Positions 50,220 through 60,300 of a stretch of DNA of 64,000 nt are shown here, piece by piece. The notes beneath the pieces are model-generated. The model saw nothing but the letters and a program-made list of their open reading frames with translations. It did no database searches and had not been told where the DNA came from. Location: contig JAXHNL010000002.1 of NCBI GenBank assembly GCA_034520565.1, positions 704,001 to 768,000 on the forward strand, given 5' to 3'. The translations under genes and the position numbers were made by a program. Every line of letters begins with the position of its first letter. Within the stretch, counting starts at the first letter, position 1. Source of the stretch: Halodesulfurarchaeum sp. (GTDB lineage Archaea; Halobacteriota; Halobacteria; Halobacteriales; Halobacteriaceae).

Positions 50220-51149
50220 TCAGAGGACGACGTTGAACAGCAGGCCGATCAGGAGGATTCCTGTGGCCAGCGTCCCCGCGTAGGCGGCGATCAGTTCCTT
50301 CTGCATCACCTTCTTGAGGATCATGAACTGCGGGAGCGAGAGCGCGGCGACCGACATCATGAACGCGAGGCCGGTTCCGATCGGCAGGCCCTTGCCGATG
50401 AGGGACTCGACGACCGGAATCACGCCGAGGATGTCGGTGTACATCGGGACGCCGACGGCGACTGCACCGAAGACGCCCCACTGTCCGGAGAGATACGTCT
50501 CGACCAGTTGCTCGGGGAGATAGCCGTGGATGACTGCGCCGACCCCGACGCCGACGAGGACGTACGGAATGATCTCCAGGATGATCTCCTTGGCCTCGAC
50601 GTAGGCCTCTTCGAGCCGTTCGCGTCTGGTCGGCTCGTCGATGTCGACGCCCGAATCGCCGAACTCGAACTCGTCGACGTAGCGGTCGAACCCCAGTCGG
50701 TTGAGCGTGTACCCGCTTGTCATCCCGATGGCGATGCCGCTGACCGCATACAGCGCGGTCAGCTCGAGCCCGACGACCCCCGGCAGCACCACGAGGGCGG
50801 CCTCGTTGATCATCGGCGAGACCGCGAGGAACGTGATCGTGATGCCGAAGGGGATGCCCGCGCCGACCATCCCGAGGAAGATCGGAATCGTCGAACACGA
50901 ACAGAACGGCGAGACGATCCCCAGCAGTGCGGCCAGCGCGTAGCCGGTAAAGGCCGTCTTGCCGTCGAGGTAGTCCCGGATCTTCTCCGGCGGGAAGTAC
51001 GTTCGGAGGTAGGTGACCCCGAAGATCACCGCCATCAAGATCGCCAGAATCTTCAGCGAGTCGTACACCCAGAAGTGGGCTGCGGCTCTGAGAGCCCCCT
51101 CGAGCCCGAGTGCGTCCACGACGGAGGTTGCGATCTGATAGAAGACCAT
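50220..51149 (-). CDS. ArsP/DUF318-family permease
   Basis: PFCSCSTIP, SPMIN, GVPMY, ALSLP. Confidence 0.88.
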   Translation of the reverse strand: MVFYQIATSVVDALGLEGALRAAAHFWVYDSLKILAILMAVIFGVTYLRTYFPPEKIRDYLDGKTAFTGYALAALLGIVSPFCSCSTIPIFLGMVGAGIPFGITITFLAVSPMINEAALVVLPGVVGLELTALYAVSGIAIGMTSGYTLNRLGFDRYVDEFEFGDSGVDIDEPTRRERLEEAYVEAKEIILEIIPYVLVGVGVGAVIHGYLPEQLVETYLSGQWGVFGAVAVGVPMYTDILGVIPVVESLIGKGLPIGTGLAFMMSVAALSLPQFMILKKVMQKELIAAYAGTLATGILLIGLLFNVVL

Positions 51150-51155
51150 CTCGGC

Positions 51156-51398
51156 CTACAGCCGCTCGGTGATGATCGATTCGAGTTCGTCCTCCGACGG
51201 GGTCGAGCCGCTGAAGATCATCTCGTCGTCGATCTCGAAGCCCGGAGTCGACATTATTCCCTTCTCAGCGAGTTTCGCCATATCGGTTTCCTTCGTTACA
51301 GTTGCGTCGAACCCGTTTCCATCGACGACCGCTTTTGCCATCCTCGTGAGTCGGGTACAATTGCTACAGCCCTCAGACCCGTAGATGGTGATCTTCAT
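51156..51398 (-). CDS. Small thioredoxin-fold (MTH895-like) protein
   Basis: GCSNC, GIMSTP. Confidence 0.85.
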   Translation of the reverse strand: MKITIYGSEGCSNCTRLTRMAKAVVDGNGFDATVTKETDMAKLAEKGIMSTPGFEIDDEMIFSGSTPSEDELESIITERL

Positions 51399-51689
51399 CT
51401 TTGACCTCCAAAACGGGCGTACTCGCCAGCCTGACCGATACGGCGGCCTCCGAAGGCTGCTGTTCTCATTGCGGCTATATCCACAGTCGTCACGACGGTC
51501 GTTTCTACCATCTATTTCAACAAAATACGGAACGGTCTAAATACGTTTCGATAAAAATCGATTTGGATTCCAGTTGTCGGTCTCCACTACACGGATGGCG
51601 CAGCCTAAATGGTTCACAACCGTTTGAAAAAATTCGATTCGAATGTTAGCAAGGGGCGTCGACCTCTCCAACCGATCTCAGCAGGGGTG

Positions 51690-52625
51690 TCAGTGGCCGT
51701 GCGCACAGAGGTGTGAATCGTTGGAGTCACTCGCAGAACACCGCTCGATAGTCGCGTGATCGACTCCCTGGTCGGCTAACTCCTCGTGGACGCGGCAGAC
51801 GACCGCGTCGGCCTCGGCGAGGGTTTCGGCGTCGGTTCGAATGTGGGCCGTTGCGACGGTGAGTTGGCTACACACCTGCCAGGTGTGCAGATCGTCGACC
51901 GCAGCAACGCCCTCGATATCACGGAGCCGAGCCCGGAGATCCACGTCCGGGATCGGCGCCTGCTGGAGGAATATCGCCCCACTCTCACGCAGCACCCGCA
52001 CCGCGGACCACGCCACGACGGCAGCGATGAGGCCGGCCGTGATCGGGTCGACGATCCGGAAGCCGGTCACTTCGACGACGACAGTCGAGACGATGACCGC
52101 CACCGACCCGCCGGCATCGCCGAGGAGGTGGTAATACGCGCCGCGCTCGTTGAGACTCATCCCGTCGCCCTGGAGGACGAAGACCGAGACGACGTTGACG
52201 AGCAATCCACCGCCTGCGATGAGGAGTGTGGGGCCCGTTCCGATCTCGATCGGGGAGAGGAACCGTTGATAGGACTCCCAGAGGATGAACCCGACCATCG
52301 GCAACAACAGTACGCCGTTGAGAAACGCCGCCGTCGGTTCCAATCGATGCAGCCCGTAGGACCACTGATCGCCGTCGCCGTAGTTGTCGGCGGCATAGGT
52401 GGCGGCAAACGCCATGACGTACGCCAGGGCGTCAAACAGCATGTGGAAGGCGTCACTGAGCAGCGCGACCGATCCGAAGAGGAGGCCACCGGCGAGTTCG
52501 GCGACAAATCCCAGGAGATTGATCACCGACACCGCTGCCAGCGTTCGGCTACTCGTCTTCGAGGTCTGACCGTGGCTGTGGCCGTCGTGTGAATCAGTGG
52601 CGTCTGTCGGTTCGTCTTCGTTCAT
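51690..52625 (-). CDS. CDF (CzcD/ZitB-like) cation transporter
   Basis: His-rich N-terminus, ALLSDAFHM, HLLGD, DLHTW. Confidence 0.92.
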   Translation of the reverse strand: MNEDEPTDATDSHDGHSHGQTSKTSSRTLAAVSVINLLGFVAELAGGLLFGSVALLSDAFHMLFDALAYVMAFAATYAADNYGDGDQWSYGLHRLEPTAAFLNGVLLLPMVGFILWESYQRFLSPIEIGTGPTLLIAGGGLLVNVVSVFVLQGDGMSLNERGAYYHLLGDAGGSVAVIVSTVVVEVTGFRIVDPITAGLIAAVVAWSAVRVLRESGAIFLQQAPIPDVDLRARLRDIEGVAAVDDLHTWQVCSQLTVATAHIRTDAETLAEADAVVCRVHEELADQGVDHATIERCSASDSNDSHLCAHGH

Positions 52626-52709
52626 CGTTCGTGTGATTGATCCATTTTAGTGTGTTCGTGTACGGGAGATGTTCGGAAGCCGTGTTCGGAAATCACTATC
52701 GGCCATCGT

Positions 52710-53486
52710 TCAGGCCCCGAAGGCCTGATACAGCAGGATGACCGCAATTCCGAACAACACGATCCCGAAGATCTTCTTGATCGTTTCTGATTCCAGCCGC
52801 GTCGCCATCAGCCGTGACCCGACCTGACTCCCGAGGAGGACGGCAACGGCACTCCCGAGCCAGAGCCCCCATATGGGCTCGGTCTGTAGGGCCAGGTGTG
52901 AGACCACGCTCGACAGCCCAGAGCCGGTGATGACGAGCGCGGACGTGGCTGCGGCGACCTTCGCTTCGATCCCGATCATGTAGAGCAGCGGGACGACGAA
53001 CACCCCGCCACCCTGGCCGATCAGTCCGGCGAAAAATCCCAGCACGGAACCGCCACCGAGACCGATGGACGCCTCCTCCCTCGAGGAGAAGCCCACGTCC
53101 TGGCGGGGCTGATACCCCGAGAAGATGAGGGCCGCAGCGGATGCGGTGAACAGCGCCAACACCGCGACGATCGTTTCGGTCGGGACCCAGGTCGTCGCGT
53201 ACGCGCCCACGGGGGCGAAGAGGATCATCGCGATCCCGAAGAGGATCCCGATCCGCCAGTCGACGAGTCGCTCGCGGACGTAGGTCACCGTCGACGAGCC
53301 CCCGACGACGACGTTCAAGAGGATGCCGAGGGGGACGGCCTGTGTCGCCATGTCGAAACCCATCCAGTAGAGGATCGGCACGTAGAGCTGTCCGCCGCCC
53401 ATCCCCAGCATCGAGAAGACGAGGGCGACGAAGAAGAACAGCACTGGCGCGAGGACGACGGGCTGGGTGAGGATGCCGAGCTCCAT
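52710..53486 (-). CDS. TauE/SafE (TSUP) transporter
   Basis: GMGGG...VP and GQGGG...VP repeats, AAATS. Confidence 0.9.
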   Translation of the reverse strand: MELGILTQPVVLAPVLFFFVALVFSMLGMGGGQLYVPILYWMGFDMATQAVPLGILLNVVVGGSSTVTYVRERLVDWRIGILFGIAMILFAPVGAYATTWVPTETIVAVLALFTASAAALIFSGYQPRQDVGFSSREEASIGLGGGSVLGFFAGLIGQGGGVFVVPLLYMIGIEAKVAAATSALVITGSGLSSVVSHLALQTEPIWGLWLGSAVAVLLGSQVGSRLMATRLESETIKKIFGIVLFGIAVILLYQAFGA

Positions 53487-53489
53487 CGA

Positions 53490-54116
53490 TCAGAAGCCGG
53501 CACAGTCGGCGCAGACGTGCTCGCCGTCGACGACGCGCAACCCGGGTTCGAAGGTGACCTCGCCGCACTCCGCACAGTGCTCCCAGTAGAAGGTTCCGTG
53601 ACCGGTATCCGCGTCCAACTCGATGTCCTCGACTGTCGCCGACCGTCGAGGAGTTCGTCCGTCGGGCATGGTGAGTACCGTTTCGACGGCATCGTCCGTG
53701 ACCTCGCTGTCGATGTCCATCGGTTCGATGCCGTTCTTTCGCTCGGCGATGAACGGCGAGTTATCGAGAGCGTGGCCGAACCACTCGGGATCCATGGAGA
53801 CGCGTACCTGTCGCTCCGTCTCGGTGTCGACGAGCGTGAGGGCGTTCTTGGCGACGTTTCGCTTCTCGATGTTGCCCTTGCCGTACGTACAGCCGGTTCC
53901 GATCTGGACGCCGTCGACGAAACAGTGTGCCGGGTGTTTCGGCCCGCTGTCGACGTACGCCCGCAGTTCCTCGTTGGAGTCCGCCTCGACGCCCAGTGCC
54001 TCCCGAGCGGCCAATCCGGCTCGGAGGCCCATCGCGGAGGCCGGACACTTGTGCCCGTGAAGGGCCTTGGTGGTTTCGAACAGCGATTCGATCTCGTCGT
54101 CAACTGATGTGGCCAT
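53490..54116 (-). CDS. FmdE-family protein with C-terminal zinc finger
   Basis: HGHKCP, CFVDGVQ..TGCTYGKGN, CAECGE...CADC. Confidence 0.88.
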   Translation of the reverse strand: MATSVDDEIESLFETTKALHGHKCPASAMGLRAGLAAREALGVEADSNEELRAYVDSGPKHPAHCFVDGVQIGTGCTYGKGNIEKRNVAKNALTLVDTETERQVRVSMDPEWFGHALDNSPFIAERKNGIEPMDIDSEVTDDAVETVLTMPDGRTPRRSATVEDIELDADTGHGTFYWEHCAECGEVTFEPGLRVVDGEHVCADCAGF

Positions 54117-54413
54117 CGTCGATATTCCTCCATGGGCCACCAGCGCCCACGTCACCAGGTCGACCCACCGTTTCGGTGGGGTATCGGTCGTGAGACGGCG
54201 GGCCCATATCTATCGTATTATTCCAATATGAGTCATATAAAGGAATCGGTATTGGTATCGTACTGTAATTATAATACACTACTGTGGGTGGCGTATCAGC
54301 ATCGCATGGTCGCGATTACGATGCTTAATGGTGGCTCGAAGCCCCTTACGTTCATTATTCAGTATTCGGCCGACAATAACTACGTCGCGTGTACCGGGGT
54401 TCGATTCGTTTAA

Positions 54414-54701
54414 GTGTGTACAAATATCACTTTTCCACTACAGGACATAACGATAAATCCCGATACAAGTTCAAAATCGTCGCCACCCATCGCGGGTGTC
54501 ATTGGTGTCGCGTTCAGCGTCGTTGTACTGCTTACGGCAATTGCCTACACGGTTATTTTGGCCGTCGTCGACTGGGCAGCCGTCGACCTGCTGGCGTATC
54601 CGGCGAACGGAGTCGCGCCCTTTGCCGTGATCAGCGCAGCGATACTGACGGTCGCGATCATCGTCCCGACCGCACTCGTCACGGTGAACAAAACCGGCTA
54701 G
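54414..54701 (+). CDS. Small membrane protein
   Basis: Two hydrophobic helices; start uncertain. Confidence 0.45.
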   Translation: MCTNITFPLQDITINPDTSSKSSPPIAGVIGVAFSVVVLLTAIAYTVILAVVDWAAVDLLAYPANGVAPFAVISAAILTVAIIVPTALVTVNKTG

Positions 54702-54959
54702 GGACCGCTCCTCAGAGGTCCACACTCGCCGTGTATCGACCCCTCGACGAGTTCCGCCCGCGACCTCATACTCCCCGAAGGGGAAGGAATCCGCTCGTTC
54801 GGCGTTAGATCGGGCGTCCGGTTTCTTTGCGGAGACACAGCCAGGTTTCGACTGCAGTCGGGCACGTTTCGGGAACCGTTCGGGGCAGTCGGTCCGAAAA
54901 CGGGCCGTCACCGACCGGGTGTGATGGGGTTTAAGCCGCTGTGTTGCCAATCCGGGGGC

Positions 54960-55247
54960 ATGAGCGAGAACGAGCGTGGGCGCAACGACCTCAGGATGCC
55001 CGACGACGACGAGGTATTCGCGGTGGTCGAAAACATGCTCGGAGCGAATCGCGTGAAAGTCAGGTGTGTCGACGGGGTCGAACGCACCGCCCGCATCCCC
55101 GGCCGGATGCAAAAGCGGGTCTGGATCCGCGAGGACGACGTGGTCCTGATCGAACCCTGGGACTGGCAGGACGAGAAGGCCGACATCGTCTGGCGATACG
55201 AGAAGAGCGAGGCCGACCAGCTCCGGGAGGAGGGCCACATCGGGTGA
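54960..55247 (+). CDS. eif1a: Translation initiation factor aIF-1A
   Basis: [30 protein letters not shown]. Confidence 0.95.
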   Translation: MSENERGRNDLRMPDDDEVFAVVENMLGANRVKVRCVDGVERTARIPGRMQKRVWIREDDVVLIEPWDWQDEKADIVWRYEKSEADQLREEGHIG

Positions 55248-55250
55248 GCT

Positions 55251-56108
55251 GTGACTGATGAATTCGTCGAGTCCGACGCCGTCGATGGGGTCGGCGACGA
55301 GTGGGGAGAACTCGACGTCTCGGACACGGCGGCCGATCGAATCGCTCGAGCACAGGATCGGGAATTCTCCGAGTTTCGCAAGCGCCTGAAGGACACCGAG
55401 CAGTTCAAAGTCGAGGGATCGGTCTTCGACGACGCGACCTACGCCGCCCTGTACAAACTCGTTCAGGACGACCACCTCCAGGCATTCGGCGGCCCGATTT
55501 CGACCGGGAAGGAGGCAAACGTCTACGAGGCCCTCGACGAGGACGGCGACACCGTCGCCGTGAAGGTCTATCTCACGACGACCAGCAACTTCCGACAGAT
55601 GAGCGACTACCTCGAGGGGGACCCTCGCTTCGAGGGCATTCAGGGCTCGACGACGAAGGTGGTCATCGCGTGGGTCAAAAAGGAGTACTCGAACCTCAAG
55701 CGGGCCCAGGTGGCCGGCGTCGCCGTCCCAAACCCGATCGCCGTCCAGCGAAACGTCCTCGTGATGGAGTATCTCGGCGACGAGGAGGGGCCGGCACCGA
55801 CTTTGAATGACGTGACCATCGAGAACCCCGAGACCGCCTTCTCGGTCGTCCGGGAGTACATGCGCCGGCTCCACGACGCGGGACTGGTCCACGGCGACCT
55901 GAGCGAGTACAACCTGGTCGTCCACGACGGTCAGATCACCGTCATCGACGTGGGGCAAGCGGTCACCGTTCACCATCCCAACTCCGAGGACTTCCTCGAG
56001 CGGGACTGTCGAAACGTCGCTTCCTTTTTCGCCGACCTCGGGGTCGACGTGACGGCCGAGTCACTGCGAGCCTATCTCGAGGCCGAAGCCTCGCCGCGGG
56101 AGAACTGA
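55251..56108 (+). CDS. rio1: Rio1 kinase
   Basis: STGKEANVY, VHGDLSEYN, IDVGQAV. Confidence 0.95.
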   Translation: MTDEFVESDAVDGVGDEWGELDVSDTAADRIARAQDREFSEFRKRLKDTEQFKVEGSVFDDATYAALYKLVQDDHLQAFGGPISTGKEANVYEALDEDGDTVAVKVYLTTTSNFRQMSDYLEGDPRFEGIQGSTTKVVIAWVKKEYSNLKRAQVAGVAVPNPIAVQRNVLVMEYLGDEEGPAPTLNDVTIENPETAFSVVREYMRRLHDAGLVHGDLSEYNLVVHDGQITVIDVGQAVTVHHPNSEDFLERDCRNVASFFADLGVDVTAESLRAYLEAEASPREN

Positions 56109-56153
56109 TCCTCCCGGAGAACCCTTAAACCCGCAGCCTCGCTAGTCCCGGCC

Positions 56154-56705
56154 ATGAAACACGTGAAGATTCCGACGGAGCGGATCGGGGTGCTGATCGG
56201 CGAAGGGGGTGAAACCGTCGAGACGATCGAGGAGGCCGCGGAAGTCGAACTCACCATCGACTCGGAGAACGGTGCCGTGAAGATCGAGTCGGTCGGGGAT
56301 TCGGTCAAGGGGATGACTGCCTCGGACATCGTCCGGGCGATCGGTCGGGGCTTCGCCCCCGAGGAGGCCTTGACGCTGCTCGACGACGAGATGCGGATGT
56401 TCGACCTGATCGACATCGAGCGGGTCGCCAGGAACGACAACGACCTGCGTCGACAGAAGGGTCGGCTCATCGGAGAGGGCGGCCGGACCAGGGAACTGAT
56501 GGAGGAGTTGACGGGCGCAAGCGTGGTGATCTACGGCTCGACGATGGGTATCATCGGCTCGCCCCGGGAGGTCGAAATCGTCCGGAGCGCCGCGGACATG
56601 CTCCTTGACGGGGCACCCCACGGTGCCGTCTACTCCTTCCTCGAGCGCAAGCGCGTCGAGGAGCTGAAAAGCGAGGGAATGGACTACCACGAATTCACGG
56701 GCTGA
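56154..56705 (+). CDS. KH-domain pre-rRNA processing protein (Dim2/Pno1-like)
   Basis: Two GxxG KH motifs; AIGRGF; GAPHGAVY. Confidence 0.92.
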   Translation: MKHVKIPTERIGVLIGEGGETVETIEEAAEVELTIDSENGAVKIESVGDSVKGMTASDIVRAIGRGFAPEEALTLLDDEMRMFDLIDIERVARNDNDLRRQKGRLIGEGGRTRELMEELTGASVVIYGSTMGIIGSPREVEIVRSAADMLLDGAPHGAVYSFLERKRVEELKSEGMDYHEFTG

Positions 56706-56903
56706 GTCGAACACGTGGCTGAACCTCCTTCTGGACCGCTCGTGGCGTGAGTGACCGAAAACCGAGTTGCACGCCGTTTGGCGCCGGAGACGTAAATGGA
56801 CGTGTCATGTGATTGCATCACAACTGCTCAGCGGTCGTACCGCGGTCCCAGTGCACCGGACCAACACGCTTATATAGAATGGCAAAACAACTCCCTTCCG
56901 AAC

Positions 56904-58598
56904 ATGGCGCAGATGGGTAATCAACCCCTCATTGTACTCTCCGAGGAGTCCCAGCGAACGTCCGGGAAAGACGCACAGTCGATGAACATCACGGCCGGGA
57001 AGGCCGTCGCGGAATCGGTCCGCACGACACTCGGTCCGAAAGGGATGGACAAGATGCTCGTCGACTCGACGGGCAACGTCGTCGTCACGAACGACGGCGT
57101 CACCATCCTCAAGGAGATGGACATCGAGCACCCGGCGGCGAACATGATCGTCGAGGTCGCCGAGACCCAGGAAAACGAGGTCGGTGACGGCACCACGACC
57201 GCCGTCATCGTTGCCGGCGAACTCCTTTCGGAGGCCGAGGACCTCCTCGAGCAGGACATCCACGCGACGACCCTGGCCCAGGGATACCGACAGGCCGCCG
57301 AGGAGGCAAAGGACTTGCTCGAGGACAAGGCCATCGAGATCTCCACCGACGACACGGAATACCTCGAACAGATCGCCGCGACGGCGATGACCGGAAAGGG
57401 CGCAGAGACCGCGAAGGACACCCTCTCGTCGCTCGTCGTAAGCGCCGTCCAGTCCGTGGCCGACGAGGAAGGCATCGACACGGACAACGTGAAAGTCGAG
57501 AAGGTCGTCGGCGGCTCCATCGACAACTCCGAGCTGATCGAGGGCGTCATCGTCGACAAGACCCGCGTCGACGAGAACATGCCCTACGCCGTCGAGGACG
57601 CCAACGTGGCGCTTATCGACGACGGGATCGAGGTCGAGGAGACCGAGATCGACACCGAGGTCAACGTCACCGACCCCGACCAGCTCGAGGAGTTCCTCGA
57701 GCGCGAGGAGGCTCAGCTGCGCGAACTCGTCGACGCGCTCGTCGAGGCAGGCACGGACGTCGTCTTCGTCGACGGCGGCATCGACGACATGGCCCAGCAC
57801 TTTCTCGCCCAGGAGGGCATTCTCGCGGTCCGCCGCGTGAAATCCGACGACATGACCCGGATTGCCCGGGCAACAGGCGCGACTCCGGTCTCCAGCGTGC
57901 GGGACATTACCGCTGCTGACCTCGGGCAGGCCGGCTCCGTCGCCCAGCAGGACGTCGGCGGCGACGAGCGCATCTTCATCGAGGACGTCGAGGAGGCGAA
58001 ATCCGTGACGATGATCCTCCGCGGCGGCACCGAGCACGTCGTCGACGAGGTCGAGCGGGCCATCGTGGACTCGCTTCACGTCGTTCGGGTCACCCTCGAG
58101 GACGGCAAGGTCGTCCCCGGCGGCGGCTCGCCGGAGACCGAGTTGGCCCTCGAACTGCGGGACTTCGCCGACTCCGTCGGCGGCCGCGAAGCGCTTGCAG
58201 TCGAGCACTTCGCCGACGCGCTGGAAGTCGTCCCGCGCACGCTCGCGGAGAACGCGGGACACGATCCGATCGACTCCCTCGTCGAACTCCGCAGCCAGCA
58301 CGACGCCGGCTCGAGCGGCTCCGGGCTGGACGCCTACACGGGCGAAGTCATCGACATGGAGGGCGAAGGCGTGGTCGAACCGCTCCGCGTGAAGACCCAG
58401 GCCATCGAGTCCGCCACCGAGGCCGCGGTGATGATTCTCCGCATCGACGACGTGATCGCCGCGGGCGACCTGAAGGGCGGCGAGGTCGGCGGCGACGATG
58501 ACGACGACATGCCCGCTGGCGGCCCCGGCGGTGCCGGTGGCATGGGTGGCGGCATGGGCGGAATGGGCGGCATGGGTGGCATGGGCGGCGCGATGTAG
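56904..58598 (+). CDS. Thermosome subunit (group II chaperonin)
   Basis: [26 protein letters not shown] tail; TTATATA box upstream. Confidence 0.96.
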   Translation: MAQMGNQPLIVLSEESQRTSGKDAQSMNITAGKAVAESVRTTLGPKGMDKMLVDSTGNVVVTNDGVTILKEMDIEHPAANMIVEVAETQENEVGDGTTTAVIVAGELLSEAEDLLEQDIHATTLAQGYRQAAEEAKDLLEDKAIEISTDDTEYLEQIAATAMTGKGAETAKDTLSSLVVSAVQSVADEEGIDTDNVKVEKVVGGSIDNSELIEGVIVDKTRVDENMPYAVEDANVALIDDGIEVEETEIDTEVNVTDPDQLEEFLEREEAQLRELVDALVEAGTDVVFVDGGIDDMAQHFLAQEGILAVRRVKSDDMTRIARATGATPVSSVRDITAADLGQAGSVAQQDVGGDERIFIEDVEEAKSVTMILRGGTEHVVDEVERAIVDSLHVVRVTLEDGKVVPGGGSPETELALELRDFADSVGGREALAVEHFADALEVVPRTLAENAGHDPIDSLVELRSQHDAGSSGSGLDAYTGEVIDMEGEGVVEPLRVKTQAIESATEAAVMILRIDDVIAAGDLKGGEVGGDDDDDMPAGGPGGAGGMGGGMGGMGGMGGMGGAM

Positions 58599-58599
58599 G

Positions 58600-58790
58600 A
58601 GAGGCGAGCGAAGCGAGTCTCTCCGAACAGCCGAACGGGCGCGGTTTGCCCGTGAGGTAAGAGAGGTCGAAGACCTCTATGAACTGGCGAGCGGACCGCA
58701 GGTCCGCGAGCCGGGAGACGACCGAAGGGAGTCTCCGAACGAGCGAGCGGGTACGGTTACCCGCGAGCCGGGAGACGACCGGACAAATTC
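58600..58790. repeat. Cluster of short palindromic intergenic repeats
   Basis: CCGCGAGCCGGGAGACGACCG occurs twice; hairpins GCGGACC/GGTCCGC and AGAGGTC/GACCTCT. Confidence 0.6.
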
Positions 58791-59093
58791 ACCGTCTTTT
58801 CGACCACCATTCGGCCACGCGGCTCGGTGACGTATAGCCAGCGGAAGCCGCGTCCTCGAAAACGCGAAGCGTTTTCGGGTGCAACGAGACGCGTAGCGTT
58901 TTGTCATGCCCCTTCAGGGCGGGGAGGATATCAATTAGCTGCAAGAACTGAGTAAACTCCCGTTTCAGATCAAAATTACCGCCGAATACGCCTGTGGTCC
59001 CGGAAAACTACGTTTTTCTTGGTCCACGTTCGAAAACGCTGCTCCGAATCGAATTCTACTCCCTATAAGTATCGGCTCGTTTTAGCCCCAAAT

Positions 59094-60089
59094 ATGCCAG
59101 CGCGCACGACGCGGCTCTTGACGAGCGACCAGGTCGACCGCGAGATGCCGATGGACGAACTCATCGCCGGCGTGGAGGACGCCTTTCGGGCCTACGAGCT
59201 CGGGAACGCCCAGATGCCCGCGAAGTCATACATCGACCTCCGGAAGTACAACGGTGACTTCCGCTCGATGCCCGCGTACCTCGAAACCGAGGACTGGGAT
59301 GCGGCGGCGATCAAGTGGGTCAACGTCCACCCGGACAACCCCGAGCAGTTCGACCTCCCGACGGTCATGGGAACGGTCATCTACAGCGACCCGGAAACCG
59401 CCTATCCGCTCGCGTTGCTCGACGGCACGGTCCTCACCCAGAAGCGCACCGGCGCGGCCGCCGGGGTCGCCACCGATCATCTCGCCGTCGAGGACGCCTC
59501 CTCGATGGGGATCATTGGCGCCGGAATCCAGGCCTACACGCAGCTCGAGGCCGTCGCCACCGTCCGGGACATCGAGGAGGTCGTCGTCTCGGACGTCGAC
59601 GACGAGCAGGTCGAGGCTTTCATCGAGTACTTCGAGGACCGCTTCGACGTTCGCGGCGGTTCGGTCGCCGACGCCGCGGGCTGTGACGTCCTCTCGACGG
59701 TCACGCCGGTTCGGGAGCCGATCGTGAGTCCAGAGGACGTCGGTGAACACACCCACATCAATGCGATGGGCGCCGACGCCGAGGGCAAACAGGAACTGGC
59801 AGACGACCTGCTCCTCGACGCGATGGTCGTCATCGACGACTACGAGCAGTGCACCCACTCCGGGGAAATCAACGTCCCGTTCCACGCGGGCGTCCTCGCC
59901 GACGAAGATATTTACGGCGAGATCGGACAGATCGTTGCCGGGAACAGGGCTGGACGGGAGGACATCGAGGGCGTCACCGTCTTCGACAGTACCGGCCTGG
60001 CGATCCAGGACGTCGCCGCCGCACACGTGGTCTACGAACACGCTATCGAGGCGGATATCGGCACCGAGTTCGACTTGCTCGGGGTCTAA
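59094..60089 (+). CDS. Ornithine cyclodeaminase / alanine dehydrogenase (mu-crystallin family)
   Basis: DFRSMPAY, KWVNVHPDN, RTGAA, GAGIQA, FDSTGLAIQD. Confidence 0.92.
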   Translation: MPARTTRLLTSDQVDREMPMDELIAGVEDAFRAYELGNAQMPAKSYIDLRKYNGDFRSMPAYLETEDWDAAAIKWVNVHPDNPEQFDLPTVMGTVIYSDPETAYPLALLDGTVLTQKRTGAAAGVATDHLAVEDASSMGIIGAGIQAYTQLEAVATVRDIEEVVVSDVDDEQVEAFIEYFEDRFDVRGGSVADAAGCDVLSTVTPVREPIVSPEDVGEHTHINAMGADAEGKQELADDLLLDAMVVIDDYEQCTHSGEINVPFHAGVLADEDIYGEIGQIVAGNRAGREDIEGVTVFDSTGLAIQDVAAAHVVYEHAIEADIGTEFDLLGV

Positions 60090-60300
60090 GACCGGCCAAC
60101 GGCGATCATCCCGTCCAATACTTTTTCAGTAATGACCGGGCCATGCTGGCCCATGTCCTGACGCCTGGCCCGGGACGATTCGCGGTTGCAAGCGAAGGCG
60201 CTTGCCGGCGGGCCTGTCCACTCGCCGGTGTGACCTCTCGTCTCGGTGTCTCTCTGTCACCTGCTCGCCTATCGTGTCGAGGAACTCGCCGTTCTGGAAC

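Noticed and set aside
58510-58598. GGCATGGGC tandem repeats
   Set aside because: Ordinary GGM tail of the chaperonin.
58600-58790. Possible CRISPR array
   Set aside because: Only two copies of a ~21-bp unit among irregular hairpins; no regular spacers and no cas genes in the window.
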